Source: an uncultured Candidatus Saccharibacteria bacterium (GTDB taxonomy: Bacteria; Patescibacteriota; Minisyncoccia; Phycocordibacterales; UBA9973). Taken from it: a stretch of 40,336 bases of DNA. The DNA is taken from positions 1 through 40,336 of the forward strand of contig CAYQKC010000002.1 in the NCBI GenBank assembly GCA_964418145.1, in the 5' to 3' direction. Both the position numbers and the translations under genes were made by a program. Each line of letters opens with the position of its first letter. The stretch's first letter is position 1. Positions 18,907 through 27,003 of the stretch are shown piece after piece. Below the pieces are notes generated by a model. That model was given only the letters and a program-made list of their open reading frames with translations. It made no database searches and was not told the DNA's origin.

Positions 18907-19864
18907 GCTTAAAATCGGGGTTTTGTTTGGGGGTAAATCCGCGGAGCATGAGGTCTCGGTGATTTCGGCTGGAAACGTGATAAAAGGGCTGGATAAAAAA
19001 AAGTACGAAATTCATAAAATAAAGATAGACAAAAAAGGAAAATTCAATATTGCCTTCTTTCAAAAAATGGATGTAATATTTCCTATGCTCCATGGGCCAT
19101 ATGGCGAAGACGGGAGTATGCAGGGATTTCTTAAAATTCTTTGCGTGCCTTTTGTGGGGCCTGGCGTTTTAAGCTCCGCAGCCGGGATGGATAAGGATGT
19201 GATGAAGAGACTCTTTAAAGAAGCGGGAATTCCGATCGGCAAATTCATAACTTTGCGCAAAGGAGAAAAATTTTCTTTTCAAAAAATAAAAAAAGAGCTT
19301 GGTTTGCCGATCTTCATCAAACCGGCCAATATGGGTTCGTCCGTCGGCATCCATAAGGCGGAAAACGAGAAGGAATTTTTGAGCGGAGTGAAAGACGCTT
19401 TTAAATATGATACGAAATTGGTGCTCGAAGAATTCATCGACGGGCAGGAGATAGAGTGTGCTGTACTCGGCAACGGGAATCCCAAAGCTTCTATCCCCGG
19501 CGAGATAGTGCCGATCAATGACTTTTATTCATATAAGGCAAAATACGTGCGCAAAAACGGCGCGGATCTTTTAATTCCAGCCAGACTCTCGAAAGATTTG
19601 CAGAAAAAAGTGCAGAAGCTCGCCATAGAAGTTTTTAAGGCTCTGTGTTGCGAAGGCATGGGGCGGGTAGATTTTTTTGTAAAGAAAAACGGAAAAATTT
19701 GCGTAAACGAGATAAATACCATCCCGGGTTTCACCGTTATCAGCATGTATCCGAAGCTTTGGGAAGCTTCCGGATTGCCGCTACCGGAACTTTTAGATGA
19801 GCTTGTCAGGCTTGCCGTAGAGAGGCACGATCGAGACAGCAAATTAAAAACAACTTTTGATTAA
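18896..19864 (+). CDS. ddl: D-alanine--D-alanine ligase
   Basis: KIGVLFGGKSAEHEVSVISA, HGPYGEDGSMQGFL and an ATP-grasp C-terminus ending EINTIPGFT. Confidence 0.95.
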   Translation: MENKLKIGVLFGGKSAEHEVSVISAGNVIKGLDKKKYEIHKIKIDKKGKFNIAFFQKMDVIFPMLHGPYGEDGSMQGFLKILCVPFVGPGVLSSAAGMDKDVMKRLFKEAGIPIGKFITLRKGEKFSFQKIKKELGLPIFIKPANMGSSVGIHKAENEKEFLSGVKDAFKYDTKLVLEEFIDGQEIECAVLGNGNPKASIPGEIVPINDFYSYKAKYVRKNGADLLIPARLSKDLQKKVQKLAIEVFKALCCEGMGRVDFFVKKNGKICVNEINTIPGFTVISMYPKLWEASGLPLPELLDELVRLAVERHDRDSKLKTTFD

Positions 19865-19866
19865 AT

Positions 19867-20997
19867 ATGCCAAAACCGCTTTCATATATAGAATTATCAA
19901 AAGATAATTTAGTCCATAATTTTAAAGAACTAAAAAAACTCGCCAAAAAGGGCACAAAATTTTCGGTCGCCATAAAAGGCAATGCCTACGGGCATGGTTT
20001 GCCGGAGATAGCAAAAATTTTGGATCCTTATGTTGATTATTTCCAGGTAAACAGCATAGAAGAGCTGGAAGCGCTTCGTAAAATAAGCAAAAAGAAAGTT
20101 TTGCTTTTGGGTTATGTGGCGGAAACAGATTTAGCCAAGGTTGTAAAACTCGGCGCTATCTTATCTGTTTTTTCCAAAGAACAATTATTAAAACTAGAAG
20201 AAATTGCAAAAAAACTTAGCAAGGTCGAGGAGATTCACTTGCCGATAGACGCGCACTTGGGCCGAGAAGGTTTTATGATTGACAACTTGCCTGAATTTTT
20301 CTTGGCGCTAGAGAATTGCAAAAAAATAAAATTGACCGGTATTTATGCGCATTTTGCAAATATTGAAGATACGAATAATTTTACGCATGCCAAGCGCCAG
20401 ATAGACAGGTATTTAAAGGCGATTAAAATCAGTTCAAAATTCGGGTACAAAAAATTGCAAACCCATATCTCCGCCACTTCCGGGCTTTTGGTTTATGAAA
20501 AAGAAAAAGGCATCAATCCGCTCGTACGCCTCGGTATCGGCGTTTACGGCATGTGGCCGTCGAGCCATATCAAGTATATGTATAAAAATAAAATGTCCCT
20601 AAAGCCGGTACTTTCCTGGAAAACAAAAGTCGCGCAGGTAAAAACTTTGCCCCCGGGGAGCACTGTCGGCTACGGGCTCACTTTTATGACGCATGAAGAA
20701 ACGAAAATCGCTGTCGTCCCGCAAGGTTATGCCGATGGTTTTGACAGGGGCTTTTCCAACAAGGCGGAAGTTTTGATCAGAGGGCATAGATGCAAAATTT
20801 TAGGCAGGGTTGCTATGAATATGTTTGTGGTAAACGTGGGCCATTTGCCGGAAATTTACGCTGAAGACGAAGTAGTAATTTTAGGCAGGCAGGGAAGTGA
20901 GGAAATAACCGCCGAAGAGCTTGCCGAAAAAATAGATACCATCAATTACGAAATCACGACCCGCCTAAGCCCGTTTTTGAAAAGGATTATAAAATAA
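19867..20997 (+). CDS. alr: alanine racemase
   Basis: PLP-lysine motif VAIKGNAYGHG and a C-terminal GYADGF...RV.MN motif. Confidence 0.92.
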   Translation: MPKPLSYIELSKDNLVHNFKELKKLAKKGTKFSVAIKGNAYGHGLPEIAKILDPYVDYFQVNSIEELEALRKISKKKVLLLGYVAETDLAKVVKLGAILSVFSKEQLLKLEEIAKKLSKVEEIHLPIDAHLGREGFMIDNLPEFFLALENCKKIKLTGIYAHFANIEDTNNFTHAKRQIDRYLKAIKISSKFGYKKLQTHISATSGLLVYEKEKGINPLVRLGIGVYGMWPSSHIKYMYKNKMSLKPVLSWKTKVAQVKTLPPGSTVGYGLTFMTHEETKIAVVPQGYADGFDRGFSNKAEVLIRGHRCKILGRVAMNMFVVNVGHLPEIYAEDEVVILGRQGSEEITAEELAEKIDTINYEITTRLSPFLKRIIK

Positions 20998-21110
20998 ACA
21001 GCGAGCAAGTTTAGTACTCTTCTATTGAATTCGGGATTGAGATATTGACGATTTTCTTTACTTTTTTCATCAAAAGGTATATTTTTAAGATAAAATAGGA
21101 GGAAATTAAA

Positions 21111-21461
21111 TTGAGAGTAAGTCAATTAATGATTGTTCTTAATGCCATACTGAGAAACCCCGGCTTGAATTGTGAAGGGGTAGCTCAAAAAATAACGGAA
21201 ATGTATGGCGATAAACATGATGCAATAAGGTTTATGTTTCTTGAAGACATAAGTAAAGGTAGCTACTTATATAGTAGCTTAATAAAATGTCTCTATTGTG
21301 TAGAGGAAAGGGAAGGCCATTTCTATTATAATGGAAAATTATTGCCAGATAACAATAGAACGGATGACCTTTTTGTATCAGTTTTTCTAAAAGATCTCTT
21401 GCAGTTAAAAATAGAAAGAGATATTCAAGAACATGGAGAAAATATAAAACCCACTGGATAA
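21111..21461 (+). CDS. hypothetical protein (orphan, TTG start)
   Basis: 116-codon ORF preceded by a strong SD, AGGAGG (21097-21102), 8 nt upstream. AT-rich with no recognisable motif. Convergent on tRNA-Trp. Confidence 0.5.
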   Translation: MRVSQLMIVLNAILRNPGLNCEGVAQKITEMYGDKHDAIRFMFLEDISKGSYLYSSLIKCLYCVEEREGHFYYNGKLLPDNNRTDDLFVSVFLKDLLQLKIERDIQEHGENIKPTG

Positions 21462-21480
21462 AAACAGGGGTTTTATTTTA
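21446..21480 (+). terminator. possible intrinsic terminator of the 116-aa ORF
   Basis: AAAACCC (21446-21452) pairs with GGGTTTT (21468-21474), followed by ATTTTATGTTTATTTT. The loop is large (15 nt). Confidence 0.35.
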
Positions 21481-21494
21481 TGTTTATTTTAATG

Positions 21495-21565
21495 CGGGTC
21501 CACGAGGATTCGAACCTCGGTCAATCGTTTTGGAGACGATTATTCTACCACTGAACTATAGACCC
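21495..21565 (-). tRNA. trnW: tRNA-Trp (anticodon CCA), intact
   Basis: Minus strand GGGTCTA-TA-GTTC-AGTGGTA-GAAT-A-ATCGT-CTCCAAA-ACGAT-TGAC-CGAGG-TTCGAAT-CCTCG-TGGACCC-G. All four stems pair. CCA is not encoded. Confidence 0.9.
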
Positions 21566-21816
21566 GTTATACTTTTTTTTATTCTTTTTACTAATCCATT
21601 ATATACTGAACCGCTTTTTTTGAAACTTTTTTCTCTTTCTTTTGCATCTTCTTCGTTCTTGTAAGATTCATAATATATCAATTCTATGGGCAGTCTATGA
21701 CTGGTATTTTCCACTTTCCCTTTTTTGTGTTCAGATAGCCTCCTCCTTAAATCACTGGAATATCCTATGTAAAGTTTATTGTCTTTTTTACTTTTTAATA
21801 TATAAACATAATACAT
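21556..21816 (-). CDS. GIY-YIG nuclease family protein (small URI-domain / UPF0213-like)
   Basis: MYYVYILKSKKDNKLYIGYSSDLRRRLSEHKKGK...YYESYKNEEDAKEREKSFK. The last codons and the TAG stop lie inside the first 10 nt of tRNA-Trp. Confidence 0.85.
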   Translation of the reverse strand: MYYVYILKSKKDNKLYIGYSSDLRRRLSEHKKGKVENTSHRLPIELIYYESYKNEEDAKEREKSFKKSGSVYNGLVKRIKKSITGL

Positions 21817-21819
21817 AAA

Positions 21820-21887
21820 GGTTTTGGACCCCGTCGTTCGCGAACGACGGGGTGGAGACCGCAGTTATGCCACTTAACTAACCGCCC
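21820..21887 (-). pseudogene. truncated second tRNA-Trp (CCA): 5' part only, with a palindrome inserted in the anticodon loop
   Basis: Minus strand GGGCGGT-TA-GTTA-AGTGGCA-TAAC-T-GCGGT-CTCCA, then the palindrome, then TCCAAAACC. No T-arm or matching 3' acceptor strand exists downstream. Confidence 0.7.
21829..21852. repeat. perfect 24-nt palindrome CCCCGTCGTTCGCGAACGACGGGG flanked by direct TCCA repeats
   Basis: The sequence is self-complementary. TCCA occurs at 21853-21856 and 21825-21828 (minus-strand reading). Confidence 0.85.
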
Positions 21888-21922
21888 TAAACAAAAAACA
21901 TGCAACTTGCGTTACAGGCTTT

Positions 21923-21931
21923 AGTATAACA
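21923..21931 (-). promoter_or_regulatory. extended -10 promoter TGtTATACT upstream of the tRNA-Trp locus
   Basis: The minus strand reads TGtTATACT about 35 nt upstream of the remnant's 5' end, just after the rpmG stop. Confidence 0.4.
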
Positions 21932-21951
21932 AAACAAAAAGGAAATTGGAA

Positions 21952-22110
21952 TTACTTCTTTAATTCCTTGTGTTTTGTCTGTTTCTTGCACCACTTGCAG
22001 TATTTTTTAAGTTCAACTTTTTGAGTCACAGTTTTCTTGTTTTTTCTTGACCAATAATTGATCCTTTTACAGCTTCCGCAGGCTAATTTTATAAGTTTAT
22101 CTTGCGACAT
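21952..22110 (-). CDS. rpmG: 50S ribosomal protein L33 (below the ORF-track length cutoff)
   Basis: Hand translation gives MSQDKLIKLACGSCKRINYWSRKNKKTVTQKVELKKYCKWCKKQTKHKELKK (52 aa), the CxxC...CxxC zinc-binding L33 type. Confidence 0.88.
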   Translation of the reverse strand: MSQDKLIKLACGSCKRINYWSRKNKKTVTQKVELKKYCKWCKKQTKHKELKK

Positions 22111-22114
22111 TCCC

Positions 22115-23065
22115 TTAGAATAATACAAAATCCTTTAAAATGCAACTCAATAATGATTTTTTTGAGGCATCGTGCCAAACTACCTCTTTATCGCGCTTAA
22201 ACCAAGTCATTTGGCGCTTGGCGTATTTTAAAGTGTCGGAAACTACTTTTTCATAAATCGGGTTGTAGTATTCAAAACCGAATTCTTTAAGGCGTTTGCT
22301 TGAAATTCCAGATCTTTTTATTTTTTTAATTTCTTTCAACAGTCCATCGTCAAACATTTTTTGAACCCTTTTCTCTATTTTCTTTTTTAGCTTCGGATAG
22401 AGTAGATAAAGGCCTATCTTAATAAATTTATATTTTCCGAGTGATACATTTTCTGCATATGCAGAGTTTGTATCACTTCTTAATTTGGGGACTTTGCCTA
22501 AATATTTTGCGATTTCTATGGCGCGGATCAAACGGACTTTGTTATTTATTTCATTCTTTTCTTTTATTTCTTGCGCCCTTCTTTTGTCCAATTTTTGGAG
22601 AATTTTAAAAAGTTCGATTGCGGATTTTTTCTCCAGTTCTTTTCTCTGTTTTTTGTCGGGCAGGACTTCCGGGAAAACCGTCCCTTTAGTAACTGCATCA
22701 ATATAAAAGCCGGTACCTCCGCAGATAATCGGAATTTTGCCTTTCTTTGCAATCTCCGCTATAGCGTAGATTGCTTTTTTTTGGTATTCTGCGACAGTAA
22801 ATTTGTGTTTTGGATTAGCGATGTTTATCATGTAATGACGTACGCCTTTATATATGAAAAGATCTTCTTTTTTTGCTTGCCCCGTACCAAAATTTGAAAA
22901 ATTTTTGGTATCCGGGGTGATTTTACCGGTGCCGATATCGAGCCCTTTGTAGACTTGTCTGGAATCAGCCGATATAATTTCACCGTTTAGTTTTTTGGCA
23001 AGTTTTACCGCCAAGTCGCTTTTACCAGTAGCCGTTTGCCCAAGGATTACGATAATTTTTTGCAT
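22115..23065 (-). CDS. miaA: tRNA dimethylallyltransferase
   Basis: P-loop ILGQTATGKSDLA and ISADSRQVYKGLDIGTGK. Its ATG overlaps the murA stop (TAATG). Confidence 0.92.
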   Translation of the reverse strand: MQKIIVILGQTATGKSDLAVKLAKKLNGEIISADSRQVYKGLDIGTGKITPDTKNFSNFGTGQAKKEDLFIYKGVRHYMINIANPKHKFTVAEYQKKAIYAIAEIAKKGKIPIICGGTGFYIDAVTKGTVFPEVLPDKKQRKELEKKSAIELFKILQKLDKRRAQEIKEKNEINNKVRLIRAIEIAKYLGKVPKLRSDTNSAYAENVSLGKYKFIKIGLYLLYPKLKKKIEKRVQKMFDDGLLKEIKKIKRSGISSKRLKEFGFEYYNPIYEKVVSDTLKYAKRQMTWFKRDKEVVWHDASKKSLLSCILKDFVLF

Positions 23066-24396
23066 TATTTTAGAATTTTTATATCTGCCCCTATAGAGTT
23101 TAAACGCTTGGCGATTTCTTCATATCCGCGGTTGATCATGTAAACATTTCGAAGGATTGATTGACCTTGTGCACAGAGCATTGCGATCAAGATAACCATA
23201 GCTGGGCGAAGAGCCGGCGGACAGACGACTTGCGCAGGCTTGAGCGGGGTTCCTCCTTGGATATAGACTCGGTGCGGGTCGGCCAGAGTTATATTTGCGC
23301 CAAGACGGTTTAATTCAGTGAAATAAATAGCGCGATTTTCATAACTCCAATCATGGATCATTGTTTGCCCTTTTGCCCTGACGGCGATTGGGACGAAAAA
23401 CGGTAGATTGTCCATATTTATGCCCGGGTAAGGATTGGCATGAATTTTATCTTCCGGCGCAGAAAGCTTGGAAGGCATGATTTTTAAATCTATCAATTTT
23501 GTTTTTTTATTAAAAGAAAAGTATCTTTTAAGAATTTTGTACTTGAGCCCCATTCTTCTTAATTTCTCAAGTTCTAAAGAAAGAAAATCTATAGGGATTC
23601 TGTTTATAGTTAGTTCCGAGTCTGTAATTATTGCAGCGGAAATAAACATCATAGATTCTATCGGGTCTTCGCTATTCCAGTATTCAATATCTTTTTCAAT
23701 ATCTTTTATCCCGTGAACGGTCAAGGTCGTAGTGCCGATTCCGCCTATTTTTACGCCGAGGGTTTCCAAGAAAAAGCATATTTCTTGAACCATATAATTT
23801 GCGCTGGCAAAACTTATAGTCGTCTCCCCCGGAATCTTTGCGGCGGCAGTCAAGATATTTTCAGTAGCCGTATCTCCGGATTCATACATCACTATATCGG
23901 CCGGCTTGAGTTTCAAGGCAGATATGTCATAACTCGAATTAGTCGTTTTTATCTTAACGCCTATTTCCGCCAAAGCATATATATGGGCGGAAATGGTTCT
24001 TTTGCCGAGTTTGCATCCGGAAGCGTGAGGCAAGGAAAAATTTTTAATCAGATGAATAAGCGGACCAATCAGCATTATTACCGAACGGGTCTTGATGGCA
24101 GAATCAGCGTTAATCCCACTCATTTTGAATTTTTTAGGCGGAATTATCTGCACGGAATTTTTATCTATCCATCTTATAGAGGTGCCCATGCTCTCCAGTA
24201 TTTCTATAACCCTATAAACTTCTTCAATGCGGGCGATCCCATGCAGGGTGGTTTTCCCTTTATTGAGCAGGGAAGCGCAAAGCAGGCCGACAGAACCGTT
24301 TTTGGAGAAATTTGTATTAATTGATCCATGGAGCTTCCTCCCGCCGTTTACTTCAAAATCAATCAAGGCGCTGTCAGTTTTCTTTTTTTTATTCAT
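23065..24396 (-). CDS. murA: UDP-N-acetylglucosamine 1-carboxyvinyltransferase
   Basis: FEVNGGRKLHGSI...SKNGSVGLLCASLL and an active-site loop HASGCKLGKRTISAH with the Cys retained. Start set at the Met after tRNA-Leu (MNKKKK). Confidence 0.9.
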   Translation of the reverse strand: MNKKKKTDSALIDFEVNGGRKLHGSINTNFSKNGSVGLLCASLLNKGKTTLHGIARIEEVYRVIEILESMGTSIRWIDKNSVQIIPPKKFKMSGINADSAIKTRSVIMLIGPLIHLIKNFSLPHASGCKLGKRTISAHIYALAEIGVKIKTTNSSYDISALKLKPADIVMYESGDTATENILTAAAKIPGETTISFASANYMVQEICFFLETLGVKIGGIGTTTLTVHGIKDIEKDIEYWNSEDPIESMMFISAAIITDSELTINRIPIDFLSLELEKLRRMGLKYKILKRYFSFNKKTKLIDLKIMPSKLSAPEDKIHANPYPGINMDNLPFFVPIAVRAKGQTMIHDWSYENRAIYFTELNRLGANITLADPHRVYIQGGTPLKPAQVVCPPALRPAMVILIAMLCAQGQSILRNVYMINRGYEEIAKRLNSIGADIKILK

Positions 24397-24403
24397 ATGT
24401 TTG

Positions 24404-24485
24404 TGCCGGGGGGGAGAATCGAACTCCCATGAGTTGCCTCGCACGATTTTGAGTCGTGTACGTCTACCAATTCCGTCACCCCGGC
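24404..24485 (-). tRNA. trnL: tRNA-Leu (anticodon CAA), long variable arm
   Basis: Minus strand GCCGGGG-TG-ACGGAATTGGTAGACGT-A-CACGA-CTCAAAA-TCGTG-CGAGGCAACTCATG-GGGAG-TTCGATT-CTCCC-CCCCGGC-A. Confidence 0.9.
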
Positions 24486-24492
24486 AAAATCC

Positions 24493-24501
24493 ATATTTAC
24501 A
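24493..24501 (-). promoter_or_regulatory. -10-like element TGtAAATAT 7 nt upstream of the mature 5' end of tRNA-Leu
   Basis: The minus strand reads TGtAAATAT-ggatttt-G(+1 of the tRNA). Confidence 0.35.
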
Positions 24502-24517
24502 CTTTACTAAAATTTTA

Positions 24518-24526
24518 TGTTAAAAT
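24518..24526 (+). promoter_or_regulatory. extended -10 promoter TGtTAAAAT, 6 nt upstream of the parB ATG
   Basis: TGtTAAAAT-caactt-ATG(24533). Confidence 0.5.
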
Positions 24527-24532
24527 CAACTT

Positions 24533-25510
24533 ATGTCTAATTTATATTCCAATTCAATTTTTTGGGTAGACACCGATAAAATTAAGCCGAATCCTTATCA
24601 GCCGAGGCGCGATTTCGACGAAACCAGGCTTGTCGATTTAGCTGAATCAATCAAGCAGTACGGCGTGCTTCAGCCTCTCACAGTTTCCCGGATAGAAATA
24701 GAAAAAGAAGGCGGTGGGTTCACTACCGAGTATGAGCTCATCGCCGGAGAGCGCCGGCTCCGCGCGGCTGTTATGGCATGCGTTTCCCAGGTGCCTGTCA
24801 TCATTAGGACAGGGGATACCTCTATGATGAAGCTTGAGCTTGCGATTATAGAAAACTTGCAGAGAGAAGACTTAAACGTCGTTGATCGCGCCCGCGCTTT
24901 TATACGCCTTGCCAATGAATTTAAATTTACCCATGTTGAGATTGCCAAGAAAATGGGCAAGAGCAGGGAATATGTCTCAAACACTATCCGCATACTTTCT
25001 TTGCCCGAAGAAGTCCTAAATGCCTTGTCTGAAGGCAAAATTACCGAAGGCCATACCAGACCGATCCTCATGCTCGCCGATCATCCGGAAGAGCAGATTG
25101 TCCTTCTTAAAGAGATTATGTATAAAAGAATAACGGTGCGCGAAGCGGAAAGTTTTGCTAGGCGCATCGCTACCGATCGTATCAGGAAACGCGAATATGC
25201 TCCTGATCCGGAAATACTTGAAATGGAGGAAGAATTACAGAGTAAGCTAGGCACTCGGGTACAGATAGACCGGAGGGAAGTAGGTGGGCAGATCAAGATA
25301 GATTTCTTTTCCAAAGAAGACTTGAAAACTATTTTGGATTCCATAAATAAAACTATCGGCGATAAAAATCCGAATGAAATGCTTGAGAATTATGCAAGCA
25401 AGAATAATTTAGTAGTGGTGGAAAAATTCCAAGAAGAAAAATCAAAAGAAAAAGAAGGAGAGAGCAAAAATGACGCAGAACTTTACGACGTCTCTAATTT
25501 CAGTATTTAA
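24533..25510 (+). CDS. parB: ParB/Spo0J-family partition protein
   Basis: KPNPYQPRRDFDE...LAESIKQYGVLQPLTV, GERRLRAA and an HTH (THVEIAKKMGKSREYVSNTIRIL). No adjacent parA. Confidence 0.88.
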   Translation: MSNLYSNSIFWVDTDKIKPNPYQPRRDFDETRLVDLAESIKQYGVLQPLTVSRIEIEKEGGGFTTEYELIAGERRLRAAVMACVSQVPVIIRTGDTSMMKLELAIIENLQREDLNVVDRARAFIRLANEFKFTHVEIAKKMGKSREYVSNTIRILSLPEEVLNALSEGKITEGHTRPILMLADHPEEQIVLLKEIMYKRITVREAESFARRIATDRIRKREYAPDPEILEMEEELQSKLGTRVQIDRREVGGQIKIDFFSKEDLKTILDSINKTIGDKNPNEMLENYASKNNLVVVEKFQEEKSKEKEGESKNDAELYDVSNFSI

Positions 25511-25514
25511 AAAA

Positions 25515-26987
25515 TTAAGAACGGCCGAAACTCTTTAGCTTGGAAAGTAGGCTATTTTTTTCCAAATAAGAGCGGATATTCTTCTTGGCTAAATTAGTTT
25601 TTGAATGATCCAGCCATTTGCCGGAGGGATGTGCGTCTTTTTTCGTGATTATTTCCACTATATCGCTGTTCTTAAGAGCCGAGAATATAGGAGCAATTTT
25701 CCTGTTAATCTTTACTCCGGAGACGTGCTCTCCGATGTCGGAGTGGATGTTATAAGCAAAATCTATCGGACTGGAGCCATCCGGCAAGTCGATAACATCG
25801 CCTTTCGGGGTGAAAACGAAAATCCTATCGTTAAAAAAATCCATTTTAAGGTGTTCCAAGTATTTTTGAGGATTTTCCAGATCATAATTAAAATCTTTCA
25901 ATTCTTCTATCCACTTGAACTTTGACTGCTCTTCTTCTTTATTTTTTTTCTTCTCTTTTTCGGTTTTATAGGCAAAATGGGCGGCGATACCATAAGCCGC
26001 TTCTTCATGCATTTCTTCAGTTCTAATTTGAATCTCTACCGCTCCGCCGGAGCCGGTAAAAATGGTGGTGTGTATTGATCGATAGCCGTTCGGTTTCGGT
26101 ATGGCGATATAATCTTTGATTCTGCCCGGCATTGGGCGCCAGATTGAATGCACAATACCTAAAACCTTATAGCAATCTTCTATGGTTTTTACCACTACCC
26201 GCAAGGCGACTATGTCGTAGATTTTGTCTATATCCATATCATAACGCAGAAGTTTCCTCCAAAGACTGTATTTGTGCTTTACCCTGTAGTTTACTTCATA
26301 AATATTTACTTTATTCTTAATTAAGGCATTTTCGAGCTCCGTTGAGACTTCTTCCAGATTTTTTTTATAGGTTTCTTCGCGACCTTCCAGAATTTTTTCT
26401 ATTTGTTCGTATTCTTTGGGGTAGGCATAAGGAAAAGCTTCATCTTCCAATTCGCCCTTTAATTTCCCCATGCCGAGACGATTAGCAAGCGGAGCATAAA
26501 CCTCGATAGACTCAATTGCGATCCTTTTTCTTTTATCTTCGCGCAGGTATTGCAAAGTACGAAGGTTGTGCAACCTATCCGCGAACTTTATTATGACCAC
26601 TCGGAGATCGTTTGTAATAGCTACGAAAAATTTGCGCAGGCTTTCCACATGGCGCTCATGCCCGTGATATTTCAAAGTTCCAAGCTTTGTAACTCCATTT
26701 ACTAAAAAAAGAATGTTTTCTCCGAACTCATTCCTTAATTTTTCTTCGGTAGTGTTTGAATCTTCAAGCACATCATGCAAAAGTCCGGCCGCAACAGTTT
26801 GTGCATCCATACCAAACTTGGCGAGAATTTTTGCAGTTTCCGAGACGTGGTTAAAATACGGCTCCCCGCTGGCTCTTTTTTGGCCGTCATGCGCATGCAA
26901 AGCAAAACTATAAGCCCTTTCTATAAGTTTTTTTTCTTTATCGGCTATATCTGTAGTTAGATCTAAAATTTCTTTTAGTTCTGTCAT
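25515..26987 (-). CDS. RelA/SpoT homolog, (p)ppGpp synthetase/hydrolase (HD + synthetase + TGS only)
   Basis: HD domain HAHDGQKRASGEPYFNHV...HDVLEDS, synthetase region YRSIHTTI...EIQIRT and TGS VFTPKGDVIDLPDGSSPIDFAY. The protein ends soon after TGS. Confidence 0.88.
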   Translation of the reverse strand: MTELKEILDLTTDIADKEKKLIERAYSFALHAHDGQKRASGEPYFNHVSETAKILAKFGMDAQTVAAGLLHDVLEDSNTTEEKLRNEFGENILFLVNGVTKLGTLKYHGHERHVESLRKFFVAITNDLRVVIIKFADRLHNLRTLQYLREDKRKRIAIESIEVYAPLANRLGMGKLKGELEDEAFPYAYPKEYEQIEKILEGREETYKKNLEEVSTELENALIKNKVNIYEVNYRVKHKYSLWRKLLRYDMDIDKIYDIVALRVVVKTIEDCYKVLGIVHSIWRPMPGRIKDYIAIPKPNGYRSIHTTIFTGSGGAVEIQIRTEEMHEEAAYGIAAHFAYKTEKEKKKNKEEEQSKFKWIEELKDFNYDLENPQKYLEHLKMDFFNDRIFVFTPKGDVIDLPDGSSPIDFAYNIHSDIGEHVSGVKINRKIAPIFSALKNSDIVEIITKKDAHPSGKWLDHSKTNLAKKNIRSYLEKNSLLSKLKSFGRS

Positions 26988-26994
26988 GCCCTAT

Positions 26995-27003
26995 ATTATA
27001 GCA
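26995..27003 (-). promoter_or_regulatory. extended -10 promoter TGcTATAAT, 7 nt upstream of the RelA/SpoT ATG
   Basis: The minus strand reads TGcTATAAT-atagggc-ATG(26987). It overlaps the topA stop codon. Confidence 0.5.

Noticed and set aside
21566-21852. A group I intron carrying a homing endonuclease, or an archaeal-type intron, splitting a single tRNA-Trp.
   Set aside because: Almost the whole interval is the 261-nt GIY-YIG ORF, which leaves no room for a group I ribozyme core. The downstream tRNA-Trp is complete with its own, different 5' half. No 3' half complementary to the remnant acceptor GGGCGGT exists.
24397-24523. The 16-codon N-terminal extension of the murA ORF (to 24444) and the plus-strand ORF at 24227-24523.
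   Set aside because: Both run through the well-formed tRNA-Leu(CAA) gene at 24404-24485. murA has a good internal Met at 24396.
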